NCBI GenBank assembly: GCA_964016885.1
Contig: OZ024743.1
Coordinates: 76,260,001 to 76,324,000, forward strand
Source of the DNA: Eledone cirrhosa
Lineage: Eukaryota
Length of the DNA: 64,000 nt
Reading direction: 5' to 3'
The position numbers were made by a program, and so were the translations under genes. The notes under the pieces were generated by a model. That model ran no database searches. It was not told the origin of the DNA and saw only the letters and a list, made by a program, of their open reading frames with translations. Below are positions 1-13,243 of this stretch, in pieces. Position 1 is the stretch's first letter, and every line of letters begins with the position of its first letter.

Positions 1-137
1 GCCACAGTGTTGCTTACTTACGTACCACCAGACCCTTACTTCTTTGCCAGCCGTGGTTGTGGCAATACTAAGCTTAGCTAAGGCAGTAATATATTTCACA
101 ATACCTTATCCCGTGCAACGCCGGGTACCACTGCTAG
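1..137 (+). mobile_element. 3' end of a non-autonomous Helitron-like element
   Basis: Subterminal hairpin CCCGTGCAACGCCGGG (110-125), then CTAG (134-137) followed by T. The same terminus occurs at 826-853 and 20110-20137. Confidence 0.7.
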
Positions 138-235
138 TATCTAATATATATGATATCACCACGAGAAATCAACAGATATTGTGTAATATCAAATATATGT
201 GAGCTCACCATGAGAAATTAACTGATATTGTGTAA

Positions 236-257
236 TCTATATATATAAAACTGAGGA

Positions 258-290
<33 letters not shown>

Positions 291-853
291 CTGTGAGTTT
301 GAATCCCTAAAACTCGAGAAGTACCCAACCGATTTTTTTCAAACTTTACATGTGTATTACTTATGTTTTTTGATCCCCTAGGGCCCACATTAGGTGAAAA
401 ACTGCGTTTTTTCAGATTTTTAGGGGTTTTTTGAGGCGTTACGTCAGACCGATTTCCTTGAAATTGTAACTATGTCAGTCTCTTCTATATACCGTGAGCA
501 AAGAAAATCCAACGTTTTTATGGCCTAGGGCTCGCATTAGGTGAAACACTTCATTTTTTCAGCTTTTGGGGGCTTTTTTGAGGCGTTACATCTAGCTGAT
601 TTTCCCGAAATTTCAAGGCATATTATGCACATGAAAACAATTCATTTTCTTGATCCCCTAGGGCCCGCATTAGGTGAAAACCTGCATTTTTCCTGCTTCA
701 TCGAGAAAAATTTTAAAGATTATCCAGCCATTAGAGTATTCGGTTTATTTTCTTTACATATTGTCCAGGCATGCAGTTTTTCCACGATTAGGTCTGTTGG
801 CGGCCCGCGTTCCAAAATACCTTATCCCGTGCAACGCCGGGTACCACTGTTAG
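236..853 (+). mobile_element. Non-autonomous Helitron-like element
   Basis: Starts A|TCTATATATATAAAA followed by a (GT)n tract. Has internal repeated CCCTAGGGCCC/CCGATTT blocks. Ends with hairpin CCCGTGCAACGCCGGG then TTAG|T. Inserted at A|T with no TSD. Confidence 0.7.
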
Positions 854-890
854 TGTCTAATATATGTGAGCTCACCATGAGAAATCAAGA

Positions 891-2044
891 GATAATGTGT
901 AATATCAAATATATGAGATATTGTGTAATATCAAATATATGTGATATTGTGTAATATCAAATATGTTATATTGTGTAATATCAAATATATGTGATATTGT
1001 GTAATATCAAATATATTTGATATTGTGTAATATCAAATATATGTTATATTGTGTAATATCAAATATATCTGATATTGTGTAAAATCAAATATATTTGATA
1101 TTGTGTAATATCAAATATATTTGATATTGTGTAATATCAAATATATTTGATATTGTGTAATATCAAATATATGTGATATTGTGTAATATCAAATATATGT
1201 GATATTGTGTAATGTCAAATATATGTGATACTGTGTAATATCAAATATATGTGATATTGTGTAATATCAAATATATCTGATATTGTGTAAAATCAAATAT
1301 ATTTGATATTGTGTAATATCAAATATATTTGATATTGTGTAATATCAAATATATCTGATATTGTGTAATATCAAATATATGTGATATTGTATAATATCAA
1401 ATATATTTGATATTGTATAATATCAAATATATGTGATATTGTGTTATATCAAATATATGTTATATTGTGTAATGTCAAATATATGTGATATTGTGTAATA
1501 TCAAATATATGTGATATTGTGTAATATCAAATATATTTGATATTGTGTAATATCAAATATATGTGATATTGTGTAATATCAAATATATCTGATATTGTGT
1601 AATATCAAATATATTTGATATTGTGTAATATCAAATATATGTTATATTGTGTAATATCAAATATATCTGATATTGTGTAAAATCAAATATATTTGATATT
1701 GTGTAATATCAAATATATGTTATATTGTGTAATATCAAATATATGTTATATTGTGTAATGTCAAATATATGTGATATTGTGTAATATCAAATATAAGTGA
1801 TATTGTGTAATATCAAATATATTTGATATTGTGTAATATCAAATATATCTGATATTGTGTAATATCAAATATATGTGATATTGTGTAATATCAAATATAT
1901 TTGATATTGTGTAATATCAAATATATGTGATATTGTGTAATATCTAATATATGTGATATTGTGTAATATCAAATATATGTGATATTGTGCAATATCTAAT
2001 ATATGTGAGCTCTCTATGAGAAATCAAGAGATATTGTGTAATAT
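891..2044. repeat. 26-bp AT-rich minisatellite (GATATTGTGTAATATCAAATATATGT)n, about 40 copies
   Basis: Tandem unit read directly. Flanking ~49-bp units carry an extra GAGCTCACCATGAGAAATCAAGA. Confidence 0.95.
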
Positions 2045-2119
2045 AATATTTTAACATTATAAACATTTTATAATCTTAATAATCCCGTTTAACAAATTAT
2101 TTATTAAGTTTTCATAATT

Positions 2120-2535
2120 AATTATATAAATGATGTAAAAAGTGGGAAGGTTTAAAGAAAGGCAGATCTGGCTGTATAGGCCAGGAGAGGAACGGAATAT
2201 AAATACCATAAATATGAAGAAGAGGAGGCAAAGAGCAAGGATTATTAGGCCACGGAAGAAAGAGGGGGGAAGGGATGATAGGTTCTACACCTAGGGTTTG
2301 GCTGTGTTTCGGCTGCACCCCGTGGACAAAACTGTTAAGGCAGTTACGCGAACAATGGCCAGCGACACCCGCTGCATCAGTCACCCCACCTCGCTGGCCT
2401 TCTTCCTCGGGCGGGCTGCTGAATTTCCAGCTCGGCTGGACGGGGTTTGAGGACGCCTGGGATCTCGACGTTGACCGGTGCAAAGAGGAAGCGGCCGGAC
2501 AAGCCCCGATATTCGCTTGTCTGCCTAAGTTGTAG
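2120..2535 (-). mobile_element. Interspersed repeat, probable retroelement 3' region; family shared with 4560-4670 and 10060-10810
   Basis: Clear similarity to 10060-10210 in the opposite orientation (both translate to PWT.L...QWPATPAA..TPPR). Class not recognised. Confidence 0.5.
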
Positions 2536-2797
2536 TGACTTTGAGAGTTTTAATGAATGAGGTCTACAACCATTTCTTTGATAAGTGTAGCAATAAGTTA
2601 ACACTCAGGTGTATTCTTAATATGATACCTTTACATATTCCCTGAGAGTTGAAGAATAGTCCTCCGTTGTCAGATACTAAACCCACATTCAACAAACATG
2701 ATAGTAAAATAGATAATACTGAAAACATATTTATTAAAAATTATGCATCGTTTTTATATGACCATAGTTTACACCACAAACTCACTACACTGCTCCT

Positions 2798-3046
2798 CCT
2801 CATCATCATCATTATCATCAGCATCATCAACATCATCCTCATCACCATCATCATTATTATCATCATCATCATTGACATCATCATCATCATCATCATCACC
2901 ACCATCATCATCACCACCATCATCATCATTACCATCATCACCATCAACAAAGTCACCACCATCATCATCATCATCATCGTCATCATCATTGACATCATCA
3001 TCATCATCGTCATCATCGTCATCATCATCATCATCATCATCATTAT
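2798..3046. repeat. Degenerate (CAT)n microsatellite
   Basis: Read directly; explains the poly-I/M/S ORFs. Confidence 0.95.
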
Positions 3047-3330
3047 GATCAATGTCAACAATAAACAGCTAGTCTAATGATATGATCTGATCTGTTTCAA
3101 AATGTCCGTCCTTTATTTCCGCCATTGTTTGTCACTGTCATATTGTCATAACTATGACAGTCTAGTAATCACATTGTTTAGATGACGTCTTCTCACTTAT
3201 TTCTTTTCTTACTATTGATGTCATCTTTACCTTCCATATTGTTACTATTCCCACGTATTGTTTTCATCGTTGTCACTATCATTGCACTGTTTTAATGTGT
3301 TACATCTCTCACATCCTCTGTCGATACACA

Positions 3331-3383
3331 ATCTTCTTCTTCTTCTTCTTCTTCTTCTTCTTCTTCTTCTTCTTCTTCTTCTT

Positions 3384-3414
<31 letters not shown>

Positions 3415-3602
3415 AGAGTGCTGTGATGGGTCAGAGTCCTCAAACACTCATTCTAGTGGATCCTCACAACAGCAACCGCCTCCAACTGATCCGGCTGGAT
3501 CCCCAAGCAAGGTCAGCCAAGCTTATGGATGTTATCCAACCATCTTGCTCGGGGTCTACCCCTGGGTCTCTCACCTGTTAGTTTTGCCCGTAAAATCTGA
3601 GA
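3331..3602 (-). mobile_element. 5'-truncated RTE LINE 3' end with (AAG)n tail
   Basis: Minus strand encodes PRGRPRARWLDNIH. Homologous to 18346-18623, 20711-20905 and 60533-60945. Confidence 0.8.
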
Positions 3603-3942
3603 CAGAGTGAAGATAGTTCAGCTCTGATTTCCTTACTTCACAAATCTTAATAATTTTTCCTTTCATTTTCCTGATTTCGAGGTTTCACTATCTGTAGATA
3701 ATTCTATTTATTTGGTTAGAAAAAAAAACAAGCTACCAAAATTTGCCAGTAAAATATAATATAAGAAATAGACAATTGGTGTCGCCCCACCATCCTCCGG
3801 GGACACGCCTTCTCTATTCTGTCCGCCGGGGCTGCAGGGAAGCCAGCGCGTGGGCCCCCAATTGCTCGTAATATTGAGAGGAGGAGAGCGGGGGAGAAGG
3901 AGGCAGTGACAGTGGGAGTTTGGTTCCTTTGTGTTTGGACCT

Positions 3943-4081
<139 letters not shown>

Positions 4082-4145
4082 ATATATATATATGTTTCAC
4101 AGACACACATTTACACTGAGGCAGTCAATCATATATTTATGTATA

Positions 4146-4206
<61 letters not shown>

Positions 4207-4817
4207 TCAGAGCATGACACACAGGATATATCAGTAATTCCTCCTCTTCTTCCTCCTCCTCCCCCTCCTGCTATTCTACCAAACAGACACAACTCTCTAC
4301 TCAACAACAACCGTCTATACAACGACTATTTGTTCGAGTTTATAAAAACAAACAAATGAAACCAAACCCGATAAGAAACTAATCAGTTTATAATTTAAAC
4401 TATTTACAAATTGTTTTTATTCACAGTTGTATAAATAACATTACAGATATTGATAGAAATATGAAAAGAAAAAAGATAAAACAAAACGGAGCAAGGAACA
4501 TAGGTAGGAAGGGGTGAAGAAGAGAAGATATGACTATATAAGAAAGTAGAGGAAAGAACTATAATGTCATAAATGTGAGGAAAATGAGGGAAAAGGCAAG
4601 GCCACAGAAGAATGAAAGGTGGAATGGGAGAGAGTGATAGGCTCTGTGCCTAGGGTGGGGCGGTGTTTATCATTTTACATCCCTCCATTAAAAATATTAA
4701 ATATGTGTATATTTATATGCACATTGGTGCAGTATCGGTTACCCACTCTATATATACACATAACTTTATCATACTCCTCGGCTGTCGTCACAGTTCTTAA
4801 TATATATATCTATCTAT

Positions 4818-5111
4818 CTAGGGCGAGTAAAATTCCCGAGATCCATGGACGAGTTCTCTCCAGCGGTCTCTGTCCCTCATTATCGCTGCCATGTCCTGCA
4901 TCTCCAAGAGACCAGTGTCTGTCCTTAGGGCATCAACATATATCAACCTCGGTCTTTCTCTTCCAGTGTGTTCATGCAGGGGCTCCCACAGGAGCACTGA
5001 GTGCAGTGTCAACTCTGGATGTCGGTGAGCATGTCCAGCTAACCTCAGTCTCCTCTGTGTCACTTTCGAGCTGACTTTTGGGAGGCTCCCGTACAGCTCT
5101 GAGTTCTTCAT
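4818..5111 (-). mobile_element. 5'-truncated RTE-clade LINE, C-terminal ORF remnant
   Basis: [28 protein letters not shown]...RDRDRWR is a typical RTE ORF C-terminus. Confidence 0.8.
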
Positions 5112-5199
<88 letters not shown>

Positions 5200-5262
5200 G
5201 TTATTCCGGGTTGAATCGGAGGTAACCACAGTAAGTAAGGTACTCAATACATAGCAGAGTAT

Positions 5263-5306
<44 letters not shown>

Positions 5307-5816
5307 GTGTAGGACAACAATATTTGTGTAGGACAACAATATCTATTGTGTTCTTTCCACTGAAGATGTGATATCAGAATACAGTTAGCTGCTATGCCTA
5401 GTAGGTCAAGTGGGGTGGCTCGTATTAACTGGTCTTTTAGGTAGCTGAACATGAACTTTTATGTATTGCTGTTTGAAGTACAAATGAGATCCCTACCCAA
5501 AGGAAAGGAAGCAGCTACCCTTGTTTGGCCCCAGATCAGCCTATGTTCAAAGACATTTTAGCCATGACCATCCCACCTTTTTATCTCATGTCTGACTACA
5601 TTATCTCATGTCAGTAGTTGTGATTTGAAAGAGTTTTAGCTGCTATTTCTAGAAAGCTGCATAACCACATAGAGGAAGTCGAGGAACAAGTTTGTGAAAC
5701 CAATACCAAATGATGTCAGAAATGTCTTTGGCGTTTTGTCCGTGTGTGTGTGTGAGTGTGTGTGAGAGAGAGAGAGAGTGGGAGGGAAACAAAGAAACTA
5801 CCAGCATTATATAGTA

Positions 5817-5960
5817 GGGCGGTGGATTGGCAGTATCGGTAGAGTGTCGGACAACATGCTTTGCAACATAGAATTACGGCCCTTTATGATCTGAGTTCAA
5901 ATCCCGCCAAGGTTAACTTTGCCTTTCATCCTTATGGGGTCGATAAAATAAAGTACCAGT
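5817..5960 (+). mobile_element. tRNA-derived SINE (family 1)
   Basis: A-box-like TGGCAGTATCGGTAGA, B-box GAGTTCAAATCCC, and core GCCTTTCATCCTTA.GGGGTCGATAAAATAAAGTACCAGT. More than 12 copies in the window. Confidence 0.9.
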
Positions 5961-6059
5961 AATGTGTGTGACAGCTCACACCTATGCAGGTTTAACTGGC
6001 CTCCTCCAAGGTATATCTCGCTGGAGGTGTCTTGGGTAATTTAATGATAGGGACCCCAG

Positions 6060-6135
6060 TCCTATCATCTCATTTCTACAGCTGAGTAAACTGGAGCAAC
6101 GTGAAATAAAGAGTCTTGCTCAAGGAAACAACACG
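6060..6135 (-). mobile_element. SINE family 2 fragment
   Basis: CTTGAGCAAGAC...CACGTTGCTCCAGTTTACTCAGCTGTAGAAATGAG is shared with 37668, 45400 and 57503. Confidence 0.65.
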
Positions 6136-6331
6136 TCACACTGGGATAATTGGTGGCCTTGCGCCTATATAAGAACCCATTATATAGACAGTGTTAGATA
6201 CTGGGGTCATTTAGTGCTACAATGTCTCACAGAAAGTCCAGTCATTTGCATCACAAACTTAGTAAAAACGAAAAACCTTTTGATGTGCCGACAGATTACC
6301 AAATATTTGCTCAGAATGTTCAATGATCATA

Positions 6332-6394
<63 letters not shown>

Positions 6395-8108
6395 TTTGTG
6401 TGTTTGTATGTGTGTGTGTGTATGTGTGTGTGTATGTATGTGTATGTGTGTGTGTGTGTATTCTGTCATTCTAGTGTTCTCAAACACAATGTAGATAATT
6501 AATGAAGCTATATACTCTCGGGTCCTAAATAATGGTGGTGGGAAGGGGGAATAACCGGGGGCGGATGTTGGAATAAGCGGGGAAGGGGTTTGTGGAAAAT
6601 CGGTAATTTTTTTAGGGGTTATGCCAGTTGATTTTTTAAAAAACCAGAATTAGTCGTTTAGTTTACATATTGAGACCCAACCCATCCTATTTATATTATA
6701 ACATATGGGATTTCTTGTAATGTTCTTTTTCTGCCATGTATAATGTTTTTTAATGTATAAAGAATATTAATTGTCGCGGGAATGCTACCACTTAAAATAA
6801 AATTTTGCCGGAGATAGATTAGTAAATTTAATAATCGGTGGGGGTGGAAAAAAATCTGAAAAGGCGGGGGTCTGACGATTATTCGAGAGGTTTGTTTAAT
6901 TTTATTTAATGTATTCTGGGGGCCATTTTGAACTGCAGGTAACTCTAGATTAGTTATTCAGCTCCAATAGTTCTGGGATGAGACATTTTGAGCTTAGACA
7001 TTGTTTTGGTTTAACTTCAAGATAGCTTTTATTAAACAGACCTAAGATCAAAGGGGTTCCAGCCATCATCATTGTTTCTGCAACTGCCGTGAAATATACT
7101 TTTACAAATTCTGCATGATACCATCCCTAAGGATCATTAATGGCGCCTACTGAACATATAAAAGAAACGCTGCTCTTCACCAGAACCAGAAAATAGTTTC
7201 GCCCCCAACAATTATACACCGTCTATAAAACACAGATGTCTCCCACAATGGAGTGTTACCCCGATATCAGGGCTATTACACATAATAACAACTTAGACCG
7301 TATCCCCAGGTCACTAATTGACAGGGTACCTCTCAACAACACATTCCAAACTCTAGCCCACCTTCATCATATTTCTTCTCTGTATTTTCGGTTGCTACTA
7401 CAGTGACTTCTGTTTGTCCCACACTATGTTGGTACCCACCACTCATCCGTCTCCTCTTCTATCGTTAACTATATTCTGTATGTCCCCGAATGACTATCTA
7501 AGTTGTATATGTCCCCGAATAACTAACTATATTCTGTATGTCCCGAATAACTAACTATGTATGCTGTCTTTCCTCTCTAGAATGTTTGCTATCTGGGTCT
7601 TCCTTTCTGTTATATCTTCCTTTCTGCAGCTAAACCACTTTTAACAACCCCCTGTGCTATTTCTCCTTTTTACTGAACTAGATTAACAATGTGTAGACCT
7701 AGTACATTCTAAATATGTTTCATTAATCGACGGCTACTTCGAACAAATATGTCGGTTATGTAAACTTGATGTAAGAGCTGCCATTTTATACAATTGGCCA
7801 ACTTTAGCAATCTACCTTAATTACTTGCCTAATTTCTTTATTTCACTTCCTCGCTTTCCCAACATTCATCAACACAGGAACGCACACACATAAGTGTGTT
7901 GTGTTTAAGTATGTATGTATATGATTTATAAGAAATGTGTAAGGGTGTGTGTGTGTGTAAGTGAGTGTGTCTGTGTGTGTGTGTGTGTGTGTCTGTGTTT
8001 GTGTGTGTGTGTCTGTGTGTGTGTCTGTGCTTTTCTATATCAAAACTTATACCAATCTCTGTGTCAGCATGTTTGTATCACTATCTCTCTTCTGTTTCTT
8101 TCTCTCTA

Positions 8109-8216
<108 letters not shown>

Positions 8217-8709
8217 TGGAGTGTTTCTATAGAACAATTACTTAAATGCATTCCTCAGATCAGCAACAAGATGCATGTGTTGTAAAGTAAAGCTAGACAA
8301 GCAGTAATGGTGCATATCGTATTAACAGTAACCGTTGAGTTAACAGGATTTTAATTGACCATTTTGTCCAGCCACTAAATATAGTAGAAGACTAATTAAC
8401 GAACCTGACACTGATATTTTACTGTGTTGTCCATAAAACATAATAGTCAACTTCAGCAACGTAGAAAGCTGTCCAGACACGACCACCACGCCACCTCAGT
8501 TAAATCCACAGTATTATGGATGACACGTTATCACAGAGAAATAGTTAAAGGTTTAGAGGAAGGACTTCTTGACTTTTACACCCTATCACTCTATATAATA
8601 AATGTTACTTAATGACAGAAGACCTTTCTTTATTATTTCACTTATTTCTTCCTGTCTCTTTCTCTTCCTCTCTCTCTCAACATATATATACATAAATGTG
8701 CTTATACAT

Positions 8710-8795
<86 letters not shown>

Positions 8796-9214
8796 GCTAT
8801 AAAATCACAGTACTTTTTCCTAGTTTTCACATAAAATTCTATATCTACCTGTTATGGCTTAATTGCTGTAAGTTGTTTGTTTGTGTTATGTTGTCCTGTA
8901 CTCCAGGGACAGCACTTTGGCTTGTTTGTCCTGTGACTCCGGGTGGATCAGCAGTACCATTGGTAGGGGTCGAAACTGCCAAAGTCCATCTTGACGGCTG
9001 AACACCTTGGAGTTCTGTCTTACGCTTGTCTTCTTATTTTTTTTTATTTTAATGTTTCCCCTTTAAATAATTTTTTTTCGTTCGTTGTCTTGTCCTCTGT
9101 TAATTTTCCTAACTTTATTATATATATAATAATAAAGAGGAAGGAAAGGAAGTGCCCATAACTTTTTTGAGGAGTTGAGGGTCCCAGCCTTAGTTAATAA
9201 CATAGATCTGAGGA

Positions 9215-9395
9215 GACTACGTGTGTAGTATGGTATATGAACCCGTAACTCAACATGGAGTCGTAGGGACGCCATATTGACACACGGCGTTTCTTGGGCA
9301 TTTTTAAGCCTGGCAGAGCCCATCTCGTTTCCATGTTTGAATACAACAGCTTTCTTCCAGAAAAGGATAGAGAATGCGAGACAAGTGGGGAGGAT
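9215..9395 (-). repeat. Interspersed repeat, also found downstream of SINE heads at 11745-11900 and 39265-39395
   Basis: All three copies translate similarly (SILFWKKAVVF..G.EMGS...K...ETP). Confidence 0.6.
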
Positions 9396-9612
9396 GTATT
9401 GAGGAAGAATTGACCCCAGTGCTATACAGGTACCTTTCTTATGACCTCGGCAAACCTTTTCTCTAACAATGGACAATGCTGCTGGTAAATCAGGATGTTT
9501 ATATATACATCTATGTGTGAATCTGTGTGTGTGTCTCAGTGTCTGTGTATTTGTGTGTGTGTGTCTGAGTGTGTGCCTGTGTGTGTGTTTCAGTGTGTGT
9601 GTGTGTGTGTTT

Positions 9613-9659
<47 letters not shown>

Positions 9660-9662
<3 letters not shown>

Positions 9663-9985
9663 TCGGAGCATGACCTATTGTTTAAGAAGTTCGCTACGTA
9701 ACCATTAAGTCCCGGGCTCAGTCCCACTGCGTAGCATCATAGACAAATGTCATCTACCCATAACTTGTGAGTAAAATAGGACAGAAGCTGTTTGGAAATC
9801 TGTTGGGTAGACTGGTCTGTAATTTTAAAAAACTGATAATCTCATATACTGTGGCAGGGTGAATCTCCCTGAGAATTACATTAAAAGTACACGTGTCTGT
9901 GCAATGCTCAGCCACTTACACATTAACTCCGTGAACAAACTGTTCAGTTGATCGAATAACTGGAAGACTGATCATCGAAACCGAC
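9660..9985 (+). mobile_element. Degenerate tRNA-derived SINE-like element
   Basis: tRNA-like head (CGTAACC..AAGTCCCGGGCTCAGTCCC). Tail GAGAATTACATTAA..GTACACGTG is shared with 37540-37570. Confidence 0.5.
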
Positions 9986-10167
9986 CGAGGCCCATTCAAT
10001 CTGCGTGTGGTTTTTTAATGTTTTGTGTTTAAATTCATAAGAAAAAAAAAAAGATCGGAACCTCAGCAGCCCGTCTGAGGTTGAAGCCCCGCGGGGTGGG
10101 GTGGCTTCTGCAGCGGGTGTTGCTGGCCATTGTCCGCTGAAATTCTTTCGCAGTCTTGTCCACGGGA

Positions 10168-10660
10168 CGCAGCCCTGAGACCACCACGTCCTATGCCCAG
10201 AGCCCATCACCATTCCTCTTCCCCGCAGCCCGAGACCACCACGTCCTAGGCCCAGAGCCCATCACCACCCCCTTCCCTGCAGCCCGAGACCACCACGTCC
10301 TAGGCCCAGAGCCCATCACCACCCCCTTCCCCGCAGCCCGAGACCACCACGTCCTAGGCCTAGAGCCCATCACCATCCCCCTTCCCCGCAGCCCGAGACC
10401 ACCACGTCCTAGGCCCAGAGCCCATCACCATCCCCATTCCCCGCAGCCCGAGACCACCACGTCCTATGCTCAGAGCCCATCACCACCCCCTTCCCCGCAG
10501 CCCGAGACCACCACGTCCTAGGCCCAGAGCCCATCACCATCCCCATTCCCCGCAGCCCGAGACCACCACGTCCTATGCTCAGAGCCCATCACTACCCCCT
10601 TCCCCGCAGCCCGAGACCACCACGTCCTAGGCCCAGAGCCCATCACCATCCCCCTTCTCC
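10168..10660 (+). repeat. ~54-bp GC-rich minisatellite, about 9 copies, inside an interspersed repeat
   Basis: Unit CGCAGCCCGAGACCACCACGTCCTAGGCCCAGAGCCCATCACCACCCCCTTCCC. Confidence 0.95.
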
Positions 10661-11591
10661 TCCCATTCTTCTGTGACCCTAGAGTTCTTGTTTTTCCCTT
10701 CTTTTTTCTATTTTTAAATATTTGTAGCGTTTTATCTGATTATTTTATAGCCATCCATTCATGTAGCTCCTCATTTATTAAATTGTATATGTCTATGTGT
10801 TCTATTGAAATAAAATCCTCAGTTACCTCAACAAAAAATATGTGAAAAAAACAGTGAAATATTTGATGGAATGAATCTCTGCCATATAAGTTCCATGACA
10901 CCACTCAAACTTTCTTCTTGACATTTTAACTTCCACATGCTAAACATTGTATAGTCTGGGAAGACGTTATTCCTTTCACATTGGAACAGTTTATCTTCTA
11001 ATAGCAAGAGTCATTACTGTTCTCTTTTTTCATATATTGAGAGATGATAATTGTTAAATCTTATTCCTGTCAAAATTGATTTATTCATTTAAATATATTT
11101 ATAAGAATTTAACATGTATTTTATATACTTTATCTAATTTTAACATGTATTAATTCAAAATAATTCTTAGTATAACATTGAGGATTGCCACAGTCGTACA
11201 TTTAGAGTACGGCTTTCATATACAGGTTAATTTCGTGTATAGGTTAACACTTCATCTCGTTCAACATTAGTTCCATCTCAGTTAAGAGCTAAGGTCACAC
11301 CACACTGAAACAGACTCAACATCACATCAAACACTTTCTAAAATAACTAAACACATCTGTAACACCTGTAAAATTTAACATAACTGATTTATTTGGAAAG
11401 ATTTCAACACTACCTGTGTTTTTACGACAACATAATTAACCAGATCAGATGGGTTTTTTTTATTATTATTATTCATTTTTTATAATCTATAATTATAAAT
11501 TCCTCTACTAAATTAAACTCAAGATAAACACCTGAACGAAGAAATCACACTTCACCAGAAACATGTAGATTAATATGAAATATATTTTATT

Positions 11592-11735
11592 AGCAAAGTG
11601 GTTAGAACGTCGGATAGAATAATTAGAGGTATTGGTTTCGGTTCTCTGCTCTCTGAATTCAAACCCGCCGAGATCAACTTTGCCTTTCATCTATTCGAGG
11701 TCAATAAAAAAAAGTACCAGTCAAGTACTGTGGTT
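11592..11735 (+). mobile_element. tRNA-derived SINE (family 1 variant)
   Basis: GAATTCAAACCCGCCGAGATCAACTTTGCCTTTCATC...AAGTACCAGT. Confidence 0.8.
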
Positions 11736-12673
11736 GATTCTTCCTCTTTATCTATTTCTTACTTCCTCTCTGTCACTCTCTCTATTCTTCTCTGGAAGAA
11801 ATCTGCCGTATTCAGACCTGGAGAGGAGATTGGCTCCGTCGGGTTTAAAACTACCCTAGAAACACCGTATGTCATTACGGCGCCTCTACGACTCCACCAG
11901 AAGTTACAGAACCATGCAAAAGATACGTAATTTATAATTATAATTAATCTATAGTTAAATTTCAACAGAAACACCTGAACCAGAAATCATTCTTCATCTA
12001 AAGCATGTATATTAATATGAAATATATTTTATCGTACTCTAAAAGTTTCCACATCTGAAATATGTCTAAATATATTTATAACAGCTGGACATAAAGCCAT
12101 TATATTTCAATATTTGTTTTTATGTCTAGTCGCTTTAGACTGACTCAACTTTCATAGGGAATTAATTCAACGTGTAATTGTACTTAGAAAATAAGTACAA
12201 AGAAGGATAGTTTACGGTTGAAACTATCGCATTCCAACAAGCGATGACTTAGCTTTGTTGACCGTAGCTGTGGTAACATGAACGACACATGTTCTGACAG
12301 TGATACTTAATCAAAAACCAATCATTTGTATTAAATCATGATCAAATATGATGAGACATACTCTCGTCTCAAAACATATAAATGCATACGCAATCTAAAG
12401 AGAAACTTGGGCACACATATGCACATTAAAAAATATATATAAAGTAACAGATATGACTAAAAGAGGTCTACATATACACGATATCACACCTTTCCACATT
12501 TCTAACAAGAGACAGACTATAAAATATTTGTTTCCATTGTCAATCCCTAGAATCTCTTCGTTTTAAATTTCCCTTCATAAATTCCACGTGTGCTGTCCTT
12601 GCATTATTGAAATCATCTCGACATACACAGACAATGATATGACATTAATTTTAGATACCTTGACATTGCGTTT

Positions 12674-13114
12674 ACACACACACACACACACATACACACA
12701 CACACGCACACACACACATACACACACACGCGCACACACACACATACACATACAGACATAGACGACACACACACGCACATATAGACATACATACAGGCAC
12801 AGACACACACACATACAGACACACACACAGACACACACGCACATATACACATACATACACACACACATACACACATATACACATAAATACAGATACATTC
12901 ACATACACGCATATACACATACATACACACACATACACACACATACACACACATACACGCGTACACATATACACGCATAGACACACACACACATACACAC
13001 ATAGACACACACACACACATATACATACACACATACACACATAGACACACATACACGCACACAAACACAAAGACTCATACACATACACATAGGCATAGAT
13101 ACACATAGACATAG

Positions 13115-13147
<33 letters not shown>

Positions 13148-13243
13148 TACACATCGGCACACACATACACACGTACATACATACACACACGCGTACATAC
13201 ATACATACATACATACATACATACACACATACATACATACATA
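12674..13243. repeat. Compound (CA)n/(CATA)n microsatellite field
   Basis: Read directly. Confidence 0.95.

Noticed and set aside
6512-6892. Possible MITE with G-rich subtermini
   Set aside because: The terminal inverted repeats are too degenerate to support a call.
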